Positions 1 through 11,252 of a stretch of DNA of 64,000 nucleotides are shown piece by piece. The first letter of the stretch is position 1; each line of letters starts with the position of its first letter. The DNA lies in assembly GCA_030682255.1 (NCBI GenBank), contig JAUXOK010000009.1, positions 50,428 through 114,427 of the forward strand. Direction: 5' to 3'. This DNA is from Bacteroidota bacterium. Its GTDB lineage: Bacteria; Bacteroidota; Bacteroidia; NS11-12g; UBA955. The translations under genes and the position numbers were made by a program. Below the pieces are notes generated by a model. That model saw only the letters and a program-made list of their open reading frames with translations, did not search any database and had not been told where the DNA came from.

Positions 1-916
1 AGGCGTTATGCTTGGCAGAATGTTGTTCTATGACCCAATTATGTCAAGAGACAGCAGTATTTCATGCAATTCTTGTCATCTTCAAAGCAGAGCATTTGCA
101 GAAAGCTTGAAAGTAAGTAAAGGTATCAGGGGTCAATTATTGACAAGAAACTCCATGCCTTTATTTAATTTAATGTGGCAAAGTCGTTTTTTCTGGGATG
201 GTAGAGTAACAAATTTAAGAGAACAGGTATTGATACCCATTCAAGCCCATGACGAAATGGATTTGGATTTATATTCGCTTACCTTAAAATTGAATGCTTC
301 GGAGCAATATACTCCCCTATTTAAAAAAGCATTTAACACTGAAAAAATAACACCAAATGAAGTTAGCAAAGCACTCGAACAATTTTTAACTTCTATGGTT
401 TCATTTAACTCTAAAATTGACCAATTGTTTGGCAGAACTGACACATTGAATGTGATAAGCGCATCGGCTTTAAGAGGTTTAAATTTATTTATGAAACCTG
501 TTGAAGATGGAGGTGCCGATTGTTTTCATTGCCACAGCAATATTCCGTTTTTTGGCAACACAAGTCCAGGCGGCTCGATGGCAAACAATGGTTTAAACGC
601 TGTATTTACTGACAAAGGCTTGGGTAGAATAACAGGCAGACCAACCGATGAAGGCAAATTTAAAATACCTTCGCTCAGAAATATTGAATTAACTGCACCT
701 TACATGCACGATGGCAGATTTGCCACCTTAGACGAAGTGATGGATTTTTACTCCGACCAAATGAATTTCAATTCACCAAACCTTGACATTAATATTTTAG
801 CACATAATCAACAATTGAATTTGACCCAACAACAAAAAGATGACATTGTAGAGTTTTTAAGAGCTTTAACAGATAATGAATTCATAAACAATCCTAAATT
901 TAAAAATCCTTTTTAG
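1..916 (+). CDS. di-haem cytochrome c peroxidase / MauG-family protein, N-terminus cut by window edge
   Basis: Two CxxCH haem motifs (CNSCH, CFHCH) and the PSLRNIELTAPYMHDG signature typical of bacterial CCP/MauG. The frame stays open to position 2, so the gene begins upstream of the window. Confidence 0.8.
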   Translation, partial: GVMLGRMLFYDPIMSRDSSISCNSCHLQSRAFAESLKVSKGIRGQLLTRNSMPLFNLMWQSRFFWDGRVTNLREQVLIPIQAHDEMDLDLYSLTLKLNASEQYTPLFKKAFNTEKITPNEVSKALEQFLTSMVSFNSKIDQLFGRTDTLNVISASALRGLNLFMKPVEDGGADCFHCHSNIPFFGNTSPGGSMANNGLNAVFTDKGLGRITGRPTDEGKFKIPSLRNIELTAPYMHDGRFATLDEVMDFYSDQMNFNSPNLDINILAHNQQLNLTQQQKDDIVEFLRALTDNEFINNPKFKNPF

Positions 917-1071
917 ATTAGTGGTGTAAAGGATAATAGATGAGAGTTATATAATTTAGGGTTAATTACAATAAGTTTGTGGTTTAATAAAATCTAAATT
1001 TAGAGACTTTTTTCAAATGAAATATATTGTAAAAACATCTTTTTAGATGTATAATTGCAAATAAATCATTG

Positions 1072-3411
1072 ATGAAAACATATCAAATCAGCTGCTTATT
1101 ATTTTCTTTTTTTTTGGTATTGTTTAGTTTTAAAAGTAATTCTCAAACTATACAATACAGTCCATTAAGATGTGCGGGCGAAATACCTGATGACTTCTTA
1201 TTATTAAATTATGAAAAAATAAATTCTGAGTTTTCTCAAATAGAAGGTTCTAACACTTCCAAAAACGAAAAAAACATAGAAAAAGAATTTGCGAACAAAA
1301 GCACTTTTAGAATAGATGACATCTTATTCAGTGGTAAAACATTGTATGGAGATGTTTTAACAAATTATGTCAATCAGATTGCAGACATTGTTTTAGAAAC
1401 AGATCCTACCCTCAGAAAGAAACTTAGATTTTATGTATTAAAATCATCAGATGTAAATGCCTTTTCAACTTATCAAGGGATTATATTTGTAACTGTTGGC
1501 CTGCTTTCTCAAATGGAAAATGAAGCGCAATTAGCTTTTATATTAAGTCATGAAATAGCACACTACAAGCTTAACCACACATTAAATAGTTATAAATTAA
1601 ATGAACAAATAAAAAATGCTAAAGGAAAATTTGCAGAATTAAGTTTAGAGGACAGAATAAAGCAAACGTTTGGTTATTCCAAAGAAAATGAATTAGAAGC
1701 TGACAAAGAAGGTTATAAAATTTATAGCAAAACAAAATACTCTAAACAAGCTGTAATTGGCAGTTTTGACATGTTGTTATATTCATATTTAGCCTATGAT
1801 GAAATTGATTGGCATCCATCTACACTTCAGGATACATTTTATCAATTTCCAATAAAATACAAAAAGAACAATGAAAGTATTATAAAAGCAGATGAAGAAG
1901 AAGATGATGAAGAGTCAACTCATCCTAATATTAGAAAAAGAAAAGAAAACATTGAAGTAATTATTAATAAAAGCTTTACTGACATCAAATGGAACGAAGA
2001 CACCACTATACACCTAACAAGTGAAAATAATTTTTATTTCATACAAAAACAAGCAAGAACTGAACTTTTCAACATTTTAATTAATAAAGCTGATTACTAT
2101 AAACTATTTTATTACAGTTATCTATATTCTAAAATATACAGTGAAGATAGTATTTTTTGCAACCATCTAAGTTCATTCAGCATATATGGCTTAACAATTA
2201 AAAAACTACCTGAAAACGATGATGACAAACAAACCAATAGCAATAATGCATTCAAAAGTGATGAAGAATCAGATGTAGAAAAATTTGAGGGTACTTTTAA
2301 CAATGTTTACACTTTTTTGAAAAAACTTGGATATATCGAATTGTCAATTTTAAGTACTAGACTTGCTTGGAAAAACTATACGATAAATCCATCAGACGAA
2401 ATTGCCAAAAAATTATTACATAACAGCCTTTATGTTTTGTTTAGGCATTCAAATTTAAGTGCCGATTTTTTTGTTAAAAACCAAATAAATGATTCAACAT
2501 TTAAAATCCACTCAAACATAGTATCAAAAGAAAAACTAACTAAAAGTCAAAAATTAAAACTAAAACAAGAACAACAAAAAGAGGAAATTCAGATTTCAGA
2601 ATATGAAAGTTCAAAAAACTCAAAACTTAAATATACCACTGGAGCATTTAAATTAATTTTTGAAGATAAATATTTCGAACATCTTTATGATTCATTGAGT
2701 TTTATTGGAATTGAAGATAGAAACTCAACTAATGAAAACGAATCATACAATAAGTACGCAAAGCCCCAAAAAAAAATAATGAAATATGGCCACAATGCAG
2801 GTATTGACTCTATCATTATGTTGAATCCAAATTATTCGACATATAAAATTAGAAGCGAACAAGTATTTGTAAACAAACTAATGGACGAGAGAAATGAAAT
2901 CAATTTAGCTCAAGTTTATGCTGAAATGGCGAAAGAAAACAACATCAATTTAACAGAAATAAATATTTTAGATAGAAAAAACCTAACAACTGAGAAACTA
3001 AATGAATATTCTATTATAACAGATTGGCTTTCAGAAAGAGTTAACAACAGTAACAATACATATAGTATAATTTATAACAAGCATCAAATTAGTTCTGTAA
3101 TACAAAATAGAAAATGCAAAAACCTGATGATATCAGGATTAAGTTTCGTTTCTGAAGAAAGGGAGGTAAATCCAGAAGTCGTCTTAACAAGTATATTAAT
3201 AATACCTCTTTTGCCAGCTGTCATTTTTCATTATTTCACCCACAACAAAGAAGTTTATATGAATACCATCATTATAGATTTAGAAAATGGAGAATTGAAA
3301 TATTTGAATCGAAAAAACTTGAAATTTAAACCTAACAAAAACATACTCCGGGCCCACGTTTTCGCTTTGTTTCATGATTTAAAATCAAAAAAAAACAACT
3401 TAAATAAATAA
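1072..3411 (+). CDS. M48-family zinc metallopeptidase with long C-terminal extension
   Basis: HExxH zinc motif in LSHEIAHYKLNH with a downstream E (ENELEADKEG). N-terminal signal-like hydrophobic segment and one TM-like segment near the C-terminus. ATG at 1072 preferred over TTG at 1069. Confidence 0.65.
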   Translation: MKTYQISCLLFSFFLVLFSFKSNSQTIQYSPLRCAGEIPDDFLLLNYEKINSEFSQIEGSNTSKNEKNIEKEFANKSTFRIDDILFSGKTLYGDVLTNYVNQIADIVLETDPTLRKKLRFYVLKSSDVNAFSTYQGIIFVTVGLLSQMENEAQLAFILSHEIAHYKLNHTLNSYKLNEQIKNAKGKFAELSLEDRIKQTFGYSKENELEADKEGYKIYSKTKYSKQAVIGSFDMLLYSYLAYDEIDWHPSTLQDTFYQFPIKYKKNNESIIKADEEEDDEESTHPNIRKRKENIEVIINKSFTDIKWNEDTTIHLTSENNFYFIQKQARTELFNILINKADYYKLFYYSYLYSKIYSEDSIFCNHLSSFSIYGLTIKKLPENDDDKQTNSNNAFKSDEESDVEKFEGTFNNVYTFLKKLGYIELSILSTRLAWKNYTINPSDEIAKKLLHNSLYVLFRHSNLSADFFVKNQINDSTFKIHSNIVSKEKLTKSQKLKLKQEQQKEEIQISEYESSKNSKLKYTTGAFKLIFEDKYFEHLYDSLSFIGIEDRNSTNENESYNKYAKPQKKIMKYGHNAGIDSIIMLNPNYSTYKIRSEQVFVNKLMDERNEINLAQVYAEMAKENNINLTEINILDRKNLTTEKLNEYSIITDWLSERVNNSNNTYSIIYNKHQISSVIQNRKCKNLMISGLSFVSEEREVNPEVVLTSILIIPLLPAVIFHYFTHNKEVYMNTIIIDLENGELKYLNRKNLKFKPNKNILRAHVFALFHDLKSKKNNLNK

Positions 3412-3412
3412 T

Positions 3413-4192
3413 ATGAAAAAAGTTTATATTTTATTTATTTTATCATTGATATTGTGTCAAATAAATGCGAACACTTACAAAAGCGTGCCAGGGTATTTAA
3501 ACCAGAGAAACACTATATCTTTAGGAATTCGACCCAATATCACAATATCTGATGGCGAGTCGATAATACCCAATTTATTTCAACCTTCCTTTGAATTAAC
3601 CTATGACAGAGTATTGAGCAGAAGATCTACAGTAAGTTTAACTATAGGCAGGCAAAGTTTCACTGTTTTAAGCACAAACTCAATAAATAATTTCAGAAGC
3701 AAGAGAAACAGTTTAAACATCTATTATGATAATGAATTAGTAGAATTAAATATTTCTGATGGGACATTAAATTTTGCAAACAATTATTTTAATATCTCAA
3801 AAACTTATTTCATGACAACGAGAGGTGCAATTGCTCCTTACGGCAAATATTTTAAAATGGGATTCACAAACAATTATTTTAGAATAAAAAAAGACAACTT
3901 AAAATATTTCGCAAATACTAACTCGAAATTTGTATTTGTTTCTAATCCTGACAATGATTTTATCACCCAAATGTTAGGAGCATTTAACTTTGAACTGGGT
4001 GTCAAAAAGTTTTATGGCAAACATTTTTTTATAAACAAAGCCATCGCTTTTAATTTCCCCTTCAATTTTTGGACTTCTACAAGATTTGTCAATTACAATA
4101 ACATGAGTTCTTATCACGAAGCCTATTTAAGACGCTATATTGCTAATATTCATACTCTTAATATAAATTTCGCTGTGGGATATGCGTTCTAA
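3413..4192 (+). CDS. hypothetical secreted / outer-membrane protein
   Basis: Signal peptide (MKKVYILFILSLILCQINA), beta-rich N/F/Y composition, C-terminal aromatic residue (GYAF). Starts 2 nt after the M48 stop. Confidence 0.5.
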   Translation: MKKVYILFILSLILCQINANTYKSVPGYLNQRNTISLGIRPNITISDGESIIPNLFQPSFELTYDRVLSRRSTVSLTIGRQSFTVLSTNSINNFRSKRNSLNIYYDNELVELNISDGTLNFANNYFNISKTYFMTTRGAIAPYGKYFKMGFTNNYFRIKKDNLKYFANTNSKFVFVSNPDNDFITQMLGAFNFELGVKKFYGKHFFINKAIAFNFPFNFWTSTRFVNYNNMSSYHEAYLRRYIANIHTLNINFAVGYAF

Positions 4193-4208
4193 CTTTTTAA
4201 AAACACAA

Positions 4209-4781
4209 ATGAAAAACAATAAACAACAATATATCAAATACATATTAATTATTACAATAACTATAATAACTATCTATTCATGTTCAAAAAAGGAATACGT
4301 TTATAGGGAACCTACAAGAATAATTGATCAAAACAAAGAATTATATAATAATTTACCTTATACAAGACCTAGTTGCATTCTTAATTCCAATACAACTAGA
4401 TCTAGTTTTAATTCACATTTAAATACTAACTTTAATACAAATTACTCTAAATCAAAAATGAATGATTCTGTTACCGTCATTCAATTTTCAAATTCAAATA
4501 ATGACCAAATTATATTCTATATAAACAACTTAAATCCAAACAGCGCCAATTTTAATGTCATAAATAAGAAAGATATTAATACTAATGATGCATTTATTTC
4601 AATAAAAGCAAGAAACACATCATCTATAAATAAAAATAATTATCAATCTCGAGCAGGAACAATTCATATTAGATATGAAGACAGCACAAAAACTTGGTAT
4701 TTAAACTTATGTAATCAAGCAATAATAGATATATTATCTTTATATAATTATGAGTTTGATGGTTATTTCGTTTTTAAATAA
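4209..4781 (+). CDS. hypothetical lipoprotein
   Basis: Internal ATG at 4209 gives MKNNKQQYIKYILIITITIITIYSC, a lipoprotein-type signal with Cys. No recognisable domain. Confidence 0.45.
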   Translation: MKNNKQQYIKYILIITITIITIYSCSKKEYVYREPTRIIDQNKELYNNLPYTRPSCILNSNTTRSSFNSHLNTNFNTNYSKSKMNDSVTVIQFSNSNNDQIIFYINNLNPNSANFNVINKKDINTNDAFISIKARNTSSINKNNYQSRAGTIHIRYEDSTKTWYLNLCNQAIIDILSLYNYEFDGYFVFK

Positions 4782-4967
4782 GAATATTTGGGGTCTATTA
4801 AAAATTTTAAATTTTAATAATAAACTAATTCTTTTTCAGTAGACCTTAATTAACAATAGCTATTCAAAAAAAAAATCCTCTTGATTGCAGAGAATCGCAT
4901 TACCTAATAGAATATTTTGTAATAATCTCTTTTAATAAAAACATTAATTTTGCCATATACTCTTATA

Positions 4968-5336
4968 ATGATGAACAAAAGAAATCAGAATGACTTTACA
5001 AGTGCTATTTACAAGTTGAAAAAAATTTCAAAACCATCTATATTTTATTTAATTGCATTTATTCTTTCAATTATATATTCCAATAAATTATCTGCTCAAG
5101 ATAAATATCATTATGCGAGAATTTCATTTAATTTTGTTAAAGAAAAGCAAATCACTGTTATATCTGACAATGAACCTAATAAAGTAATTTCAATACAAAA
5201 AGGATTAAGCTCGAAGGAAAAAATTAAAATATTGCTTCAAACTATTGCTCAATTAAACACAGAAGGATGGGACGTTATTTCTGTATTTGAGCATAAAAGA
5301 ACTGTAACATACTATTTGAAAAAAAAGCACAATTAA
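4968..5336 (+). CDS. hypothetical small secreted/membrane protein
   Basis: ORF with one hydrophobic segment (IFYLIAFILSIIYSNKLSAQ). ATG at 4968 preferred over TTG at 4950. No recognisable domain. Confidence 0.35.
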   Translation: MMNKRNQNDFTSAIYKLKKISKPSIFYLIAFILSIIYSNKLSAQDKYHYARISFNFVKEKQITVISDNEPNKVISIQKGLSSKEKIKILLQTIAQLNTEGWDVISVFEHKRTVTYYLKKKHN

Positions 5337-5349
5337 ACAATCAAAAATC

Positions 5350-6681
5350 TTAATCCAAAAGCCAAGTTTGGTGACCAAAATAGCTCCATTTAACGTTTGC
5401 CAAATCCACTTCTGAATCAATGTATGGTCTCATTTCACCACCATTAATGGAGACTTGACTTTCAACATATATTTCCAAATCGTAAACACCCTTATTTTGA
5501 TAATGCTGTTTAAGATGTTGTGCAAATTGCCAAATCATATCTGGTTTGGATTGAAAATCCGAAATTTGATCGGCTGTTAAGAAATCACTGAAATTAATTT
5601 TTTGAATAAAGTTGGTTTCTTTGTTTTTATAATAAAAATCCGTTTTGCCATATCGGCTTCTTAACATCATGCGCCAAGACAAACGATGACCTTCTTCGGT
5701 CCATAAAACATCTCCCGGAATCAGCCAATGCCTCAGAGGCAAAAAACATTGAATTGCTATATAAACAACAAAAACAGATGCGATGATTTTCTGTTTAGAA
5801 TCAACACTTTGCACTTCTAAATCTTTGAAAAAAGGTTTCTTTTTGAAAAAACGTTGCTGAATAGATGCCCTATCAAAACAAAACAAACAAAGACTCAAAG
5901 CAAAATAAGGAAATATGCCAATGTGCAAGGTAGCAGAATTGAATAAATGAAAAAAGATAGCCAAAACGAAAGCCCATTTCCGTGTTTTACGCCACATCAT
6001 TGCAGGTAGAATTAGGGCATCAAAAACTATTCCTGAATAGGCTAAAAACAAATGAAAATAATGATTTCGAAAAACTTGAATGATGGGTTGAAAATTTAAA
6101 TGTTTTTCAAACCATGATGCAGAACCATTCATCATGATAGAGATAAATTTTCCGTTTAACCAATCAGGATAAATCTTAGCAACTGTAGCAAAAAAATATA
6201 CAATGCCGACTTGAACTATAAAAATAAGTACTACCCAATTGGAAACAGATTGTTTCTCTTCTACCCTTTTGTGTTTAACATCTAAAGAAAAATAGTTGTG
6301 AGCCGGAATTAAACACATTATCCAAGCTATTAAAAGAATCAAATAGTAATGGTTGTTGTATTGTGTTTTTTGAATAAAGTAAGTGACGCTCCAAAACAAG
6401 GCAAATAAAAAGGCATTTAACTTATAGCGCCAACCCAATGCCATCAACAATCCAAAGAAACCCATCAAAACATAATGAACGTACATATATTCACCAATCA
6501 GTGGCGACAAAAATTCAAATCCAATAAAAGTAAAAGTATATGCTGGTGTAACTAAAGTATCCTTGACCCAAGAAGTTAAAATTGCGCCCCAAGATTCGAT
6601 AGCCATCAATGAGCCAAAGAAAATCCTGAATAAAACGACAGGTGAATTATCAACCTTTTTAAAAAGAAGTTGGTAAAACAT
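5350..6681 (-). CDS. HTTM-domain (vitamin K-dependent gamma-carboxylase-like) integral membrane protein
   Basis: N-terminal pattern VVLFRIFFGSLMAIESWG followed by multiple TM helices and a soluble C-terminal domain, the layout of bacterial HTTM proteins. Confidence 0.6.
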   Translation of the reverse strand: MFYQLLFKKVDNSPVVLFRIFFGSLMAIESWGAILTSWVKDTLVTPAYTFTFIGFEFLSPLIGEYMYVHYVLMGFFGLLMALGWRYKLNAFLFALFWSVTYFIQKTQYNNHYYLILLIAWIMCLIPAHNYFSLDVKHKRVEEKQSVSNWVVLIFIVQVGIVYFFATVAKIYPDWLNGKFISIMMNGSASWFEKHLNFQPIIQVFRNHYFHLFLAYSGIVFDALILPAMMWRKTRKWAFVLAIFFHLFNSATLHIGIFPYFALSLCLFCFDRASIQQRFFKKKPFFKDLEVQSVDSKQKIIASVFVVYIAIQCFLPLRHWLIPGDVLWTEEGHRLSWRMMLRSRYGKTDFYYKNKETNFIQKINFSDFLTADQISDFQSKPDMIWQFAQHLKQHYQNKGVYDLEIYVESQVSINGGEMRPYIDSEVDLANVKWSYFGHQTWLLD

Positions 6682-6693
6682 ATTTTCCTAATT

Positions 6694-8352
6694 TTAACCG
6701 TTCATGCTCACTAAAAATTCGTCATTGCTCTTGGTACCAATCATGTATTTAAGCATCATTTTCATGGCTTCTTCGCTATTCATATCTGCCAAATGATTTC
6801 TTAAAACCCACATTTTTTGCAAGGTTGATTTATCCAACAACATGTCATCTCTTCTGGTGCTAGAACTAATGATATCAATAGCAGGATATATTCTTTTGTT
6901 ACTTAATTTTCTATCCAATTGCAATTCCATGTTGCCTGTTCCTTTAAATTCCTCAAAAATCACTTCGTCCATTTTACTACCTGTATCTGTTAATGCAGTA
7001 GCAATAATGGTTAAAGAACCGCCATTTTCAATATTTCTAGCAGCACCAAAGAAACGTTTTGGTTTTTGCAAAGCATTAGCATCTACACCACCAGATAATA
7101 TTTTACCTGACGCTGGTTGAACGGTATTATATGCCCTAGCCAAACGGGTTATAGAATCCAATAAAATCACCACATCATGACCACTTTCAGTTAATCTTTT
7201 GGCTTTTTCGAGCACAATATTTGCTAATTTCACATGTTTATCAGCAGGTTCGTCAAACGTACTTGCCACAACTTCAGCTTTCACGCTTCTTGCCATATCT
7301 GTAACCTCCTCTGGTCGTTCGTCAATAAGCAAAATAATCATATAGATTTCCGGATGATTGGCAGCTATTGCATTTGCCAAACCTTTTAACAATTCCGTTT
7401 TACCGGTTTTTGGTTGCGCAACTATCAATCCCCTTTGACCTTTTCCTATTGGAGAAACCAAATCAATGATACGGTTGCTATAATTATCATTTTTGTCAAC
7501 TAAATTAAGTTTTTCATCAGGAAAAAGTGGTGTTAAGTGTTCAAAACTAACTCTGTCTCTGATTTCCTCAAGTGTTTTACCATTCACTCTTTCCACCTTT
7601 ACCAAAGCAAAATACTTTTCACCCTCTTTTGGTGGTCTGATAGTTCCTAAAATGGTATCCCCTGTTTTTAAACCATGCGAACGCACTTGATGAGACGCTA
7701 AATAAACATCATCAGGAGAAGACATGTAATTATAATCAGCAGAACGCAAGAACCCAAAACCTTCTGGAGTTACTTCTAATACACCTTGGGTATTAATAAT
7801 TCCTTCAAGCTCTAATAATTGTTGAACACGTTCTCTTTTTGCAGCTTCCTTTTCTTGTCTTTCCTTTTCTTGTCTTTCTCTGATGACTTGTTGTTCTTCA
7901 AGTTGTTTTCTTCTGTTTTCTTGTTCAGGAGTTAGTGGAATTATTTCAGCTTGAGGTACAGGAATTTCTTGATTAATTTTTAATTCAACAATTGGAGTTA
8001 CAACTTCAACTGAGGGCTCAATAACGGTTTCAATAATTGGAACTTCTTCTAAAACCTCATCTAATTTCATTTCATCAATTGTCTCAAGATTGGCAATTTC
8101 ATCTTTCATCTCATTAACCTCTTCTTGATGTTTTACCTCGTCCACTTTTTTGCGTTTTCTTTTTGCTTTAATTTGTGGCTTTTCTGCTTGATTATCTAGA
8201 GTTGGTTTAGCTTCATCGTCATTTTGACTAGTAGCTATAAGCAGTTTGATAAGTTCGTTTTTTTCAATGTTATCAGCATTAACAATGCCTATTGCGTTTG
8301 CAATTAATCTAAGCTCTTCAATAGGCTTTTTTGATAAGTCCTTATGCTCCAT
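6694..8352 (-). CDS. rho: transcription termination factor Rho with ~140-aa charged N-terminal insertion
   Basis: Rho_N helix ([12 protein letters not shown]), the usual Rho RNA-binding OB/cold-shock fold region, Walker A ([11 protein letters not shown]), [12 protein letters not shown] and the C-terminal [14 protein letters not shown] signature. Confidence 0.95.
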   Translation of the reverse strand: MEHKDLSKKPIEELRLIANAIGIVNADNIEKNELIKLLIATSQNDDEAKPTLDNQAEKPQIKAKRKRKKVDEVKHQEEVNEMKDEIANLETIDEMKLDEVLEEVPIIETVIEPSVEVVTPIVELKINQEIPVPQAEIIPLTPEQENRRKQLEEQQVIRERQEKERQEKEAAKRERVQQLLELEGIINTQGVLEVTPEGFGFLRSADYNYMSSPDDVYLASHQVRSHGLKTGDTILGTIRPPKEGEKYFALVKVERVNGKTLEEIRDRVSFEHLTPLFPDEKLNLVDKNDNYSNRIIDLVSPIGKGQRGLIVAQPKTGKTELLKGLANAIAANHPEIYMIILLIDERPEEVTDMARSVKAEVVASTFDEPADKHVKLANIVLEKAKRLTESGHDVVILLDSITRLARAYNTVQPASGKILSGGVDANALQKPKRFFGAARNIENGGSLTIIATALTDTGSKMDEVIFEEFKGTGNMELQLDRKLSNKRIYPAIDIISSSTRRDDMLLDKSTLQKMWVLRNHLADMNSEEAMKMMLKYMIGTKSNDEFLVSMNG

Positions 8353-8482
8353 AAAGTTGGGAATAAAATGTAAATTGTTTCAAATAAATAAAAAGGGAGT
8401 TGAAATATGAAATTCAGTAAAAACCGACTGTAGAATTCAACACTGCAATTTTAGACAAATAAATAGAAACAAACAACTTTTT

Positions 8483-9448
8483 TTATTTTTGTTGATTACT
8501 AGCATCAATGGCTTTTTGTCTTTGCTTTTTTGTGAAAGGAACAGGGATGTATTTTGCAGGATGTTTATTCAAATCCTTTAATATTACATCCAAATTAAAA
8601 GCTGCTTTATTTAAGTTATTGTATAACTCTTTATCGTTGACTAACAAACCTAATGAACCTTGACCATTATTTACTTTTGTCATAATAGCATTAAGTTCTG
8701 TTATAGTTAAATTTGCATTATCAACGGCTTCTTTTAATTTAGCAGCGGCCAGATTATCAGAAGTGGTTTTTAAATTAGCAATGACTTGATTAATCGATTC
8801 GTTATTTTTTTGTAGATTACTAGTAATACTTTGAACATTAGATAAAATATCTACAATTTTGGGCATATTTTGTTCTAATAAGGCTGAGGCATTATCACTC
8901 GTTCTTGTAAAAGATTTTAATGATTGATTCAGAGAAACAATTGATTTATTGAGTTCCCCATTAGACAAAAGGCTATCCAAAGAATTAACAATACTATTTA
9001 TTTTCGCATTCAATGGCTTTAAAACAAATCCAACGGCTTCCATAACACTGGTATCAGAAACATAAGACAAAAACGCATTATTATCCGCTAAATTGCCTGA
9101 TTTACCTATTATAAGATTAAGTGTTTTGCCATTTAACAAGCTACCAACAACTTTAACTTTGGTATCATCAGGGATTGGCAATTTTTCATTCAAAACAAAA
9201 GCCACATCAAATTTTCCAAATGTTTGTGCAAGTTTAATCTCTTTTACATTACCTACTTTATAACCATTAAAAAGCACAGGTGTAGAGGTATTTACTTCAT
9301 TTACATCATCCATAACAGTATGTAAAGTGTATTTTTTAGTAAACAAACTCCCTCTTCCTGCTAAAAAATTATAGCCTAACACTAAAAACGTAATTGATAT
9401 AGCAGCTAATGCTCCTACTTTTGCTTCATTGGATACTTTAAACGCCAT
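8483..9448 (-). CDS. MlaD/MCE-family protein
   Basis: N-terminal TM anchor (VGALAAISITFLVLGY), MCE beta-barrel-like region (VNEVNTSTPVLFNGYKVGNVKEI) and a long helical C-terminus. ATG at 9448 preferred over the upstream start. Confidence 0.7.
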   Translation of the reverse strand: MAFKVSNEAKVGALAAISITFLVLGYNFLAGRGSLFTKKYTLHTVMDDVNEVNTSTPVLFNGYKVGNVKEIKLAQTFGKFDVAFVLNEKLPIPDDTKVKVVGSLLNGKTLNLIIGKSGNLADNNAFLSYVSDTSVMEAVGFVLKPLNAKINSIVNSLDSLLSNGELNKSIVSLNQSLKSFTRTSDNASALLEQNMPKIVDILSNVQSITSNLQKNNESINQVIANLKTTSDNLAAAKLKEAVDNANLTITELNAIMTKVNNGQGSLGLLVNDKELYNNLNKAAFNLDVILKDLNKHPAKYIPVPFTKKQRQKAIDASNQQK

Positions 9449-9528
9449 GAATGATAATATGTGCAAATATAAGGTCTTAACTGCAAATAAAAAACGGATG
9501 CTTTTTTCATTTTATAAACAGGCTGTTT

Positions 9529-11067
9529 TTAAGGCGCTACAACATCTATATGCAAAGGTGAACCTGGTCCAATGGGTAATCCTAATTGAATCCAAACAAT
9601 CAAGAGCAAACTCCATCCTATTAAGAAAATAAAAGAATAAGGCAACATCGTAGACACAATGGTACCAATACCCGCCTTACTCTCATACCTTTGCATAAAT
9701 GCTACGATTAACGCAAAATACGACATCATAGGCGAGATAATATTTGTAACACTGTCTCCCACTCTATATGCCATTTGAACCAACTCAGGTGAATAACCGA
9801 GTAACATAAACATTGGAATAAATACTGGCGCCATGATAGCCCATTTAGCTGAAGCGCTCCCCATCACTAGATTAATTAATGCTGCTATTAAAACAAAACT
9901 TAACATCAATGGTATTGGTCCTAAACCTGAACTTTTAAGAATTTCTGCTCCTTTTACGGCAAATATTAGCCCTAATTTTGTTTCATTAAAAAAAGCCACA
10001 AATTGTGCAGCAAAAAACACTAAGACGATGTATGAACCTAAAGTTTCCATTGACTTAGACATACCTTTCATTACATCGCTATCATTTTTAAATGTCTTAG
10101 CACCAATGCCATACATAATACCACACAAAGCAGCACCTACAAAAATAAATGCTACTATACCCGACATAAAGGGCGATTTGAGTATGCCACCATCTTCACC
10201 TCTTAAATAGCCTTGTTCTGGAATTAAACCTGCTAATAAAAAAACAGTAAACAATATTGCTCCAAATAAAGCAAACCACAAACCTTTTTTTTCGTCTTTA
10301 TTGAGTTGCTCAATACTAATTGCTTTCTCTTCCCCTTTATACTCTCCCAATCTAGGTACCACAATTTTTTCTGTAATCCAAGTCCCTAATGCTGAAATTA
10401 AAAAAGTAGAAGCAAACATAAAGTAATAGTTACATGCCGGATTGACCGTGTAATCTTTCACCAATATTTGAGCCGACTCTTGAGATAAACCGGCTAAAAG
10501 CGGATCGATTGTTCCCAACAACAAATTTGCACTATATCCTCCCGAAACCCCAGCAAATGCGGCTGCTAAACCCGCAATTGGATGTCTACCGGCTGCCAAG
10601 AAAATTACTGCTGCCAATGGCACTAGTAATACATAACCAACTTCACTTGCTGTATTAGACATAACACCGGCAAAAACAATTATAAATGTTAACATTTTTT
10701 TAGGTGATGATAATACAACTAATCGCAAAACTGTTCCTATCAACCCACTACCCTCTGCTACACCAATACCTAACAAAGCAACTAAAACAGTCCCTAATGG
10801 GGCAAAACTCGTGAAATTAGTTACCATCTTGGTAATCATAAAATGCAATCCTTCTGTCGACATCAAATTAAATGGCTTGATAATTTCTTTTGTGCCAGGA
10901 TGTAATACAGAAATATCAAAAAAGCTAACAATCCAAGAAACCAAAACTACTAATAATGCAAAACCAGCAAACAAAGTAGCTGGATGTGGCAATAAATTTC
11001 CTACTTTTTCAACCCCGTTTAAAAATCTATCTACAAGTTTGGGTTTTGATGATTTATGCTTTATCAT
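9529..11067 (-). CDS. AbgT-family (p-aminobenzoyl-glutamate) transporter
   Basis: N-terminal [18 protein letters not shown] motif and a ~510-aa polytopic membrane protein typical of AbgT/MtrF. Confidence 0.8.
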   Translation of the reverse strand: MIKHKSSKPKLVDRFLNGVEKVGNLLPHPATLFAGFALLVVLVSWIVSFFDISVLHPGTKEIIKPFNLMSTEGLHFMITKMVTNFTSFAPLGTVLVALLGIGVAEGSGLIGTVLRLVVLSSPKKMLTFIIVFAGVMSNTASEVGYVLLVPLAAVIFLAAGRHPIAGLAAAFAGVSGGYSANLLLGTIDPLLAGLSQESAQILVKDYTVNPACNYYFMFASTFLISALGTWITEKIVVPRLGEYKGEEKAISIEQLNKDEKKGLWFALFGAILFTVFLLAGLIPEQGYLRGEDGGILKSPFMSGIVAFIFVGAALCGIMYGIGAKTFKNDSDVMKGMSKSMETLGSYIVLVFFAAQFVAFFNETKLGLIFAVKGAEILKSSGLGPIPLMLSFVLIAALINLVMGSASAKWAIMAPVFIPMFMLLGYSPELVQMAYRVGDSVTNIISPMMSYFALIVAFMQRYESKAGIGTIVSTMLPYSFIFLIGWSLLLIVWIQLGLPIGPGSPLHIDVVAP

Positions 11068-11252
11068 TTAATTTAAAAATTTAAAGAAGCAAATAAACAT
11101 AAAATATCAATGCCAAACGAAAAGTATTTATTAAATATTATTGAATTGGCATTTGAATTATTTTTTTGGCAAAAAACAGACATATACCAAATTTTGACTT
11201 AGAAAAAATAGATATAATTCACTTACATTTGCACCCGTTTAATAAGAAAAAG

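Noticed and set aside
11166-11252. Upstream TTG-initiated extensions of several genes (FKBP 11166, TBDR 23164, MlaD 9466, cinA 56720, TBDR 51758, pckA 30360)
   Set aside because: In each case an internal ATG immediately precedes a canonical signal peptide or a conserved N-terminus, and the extension has no homology-like features.
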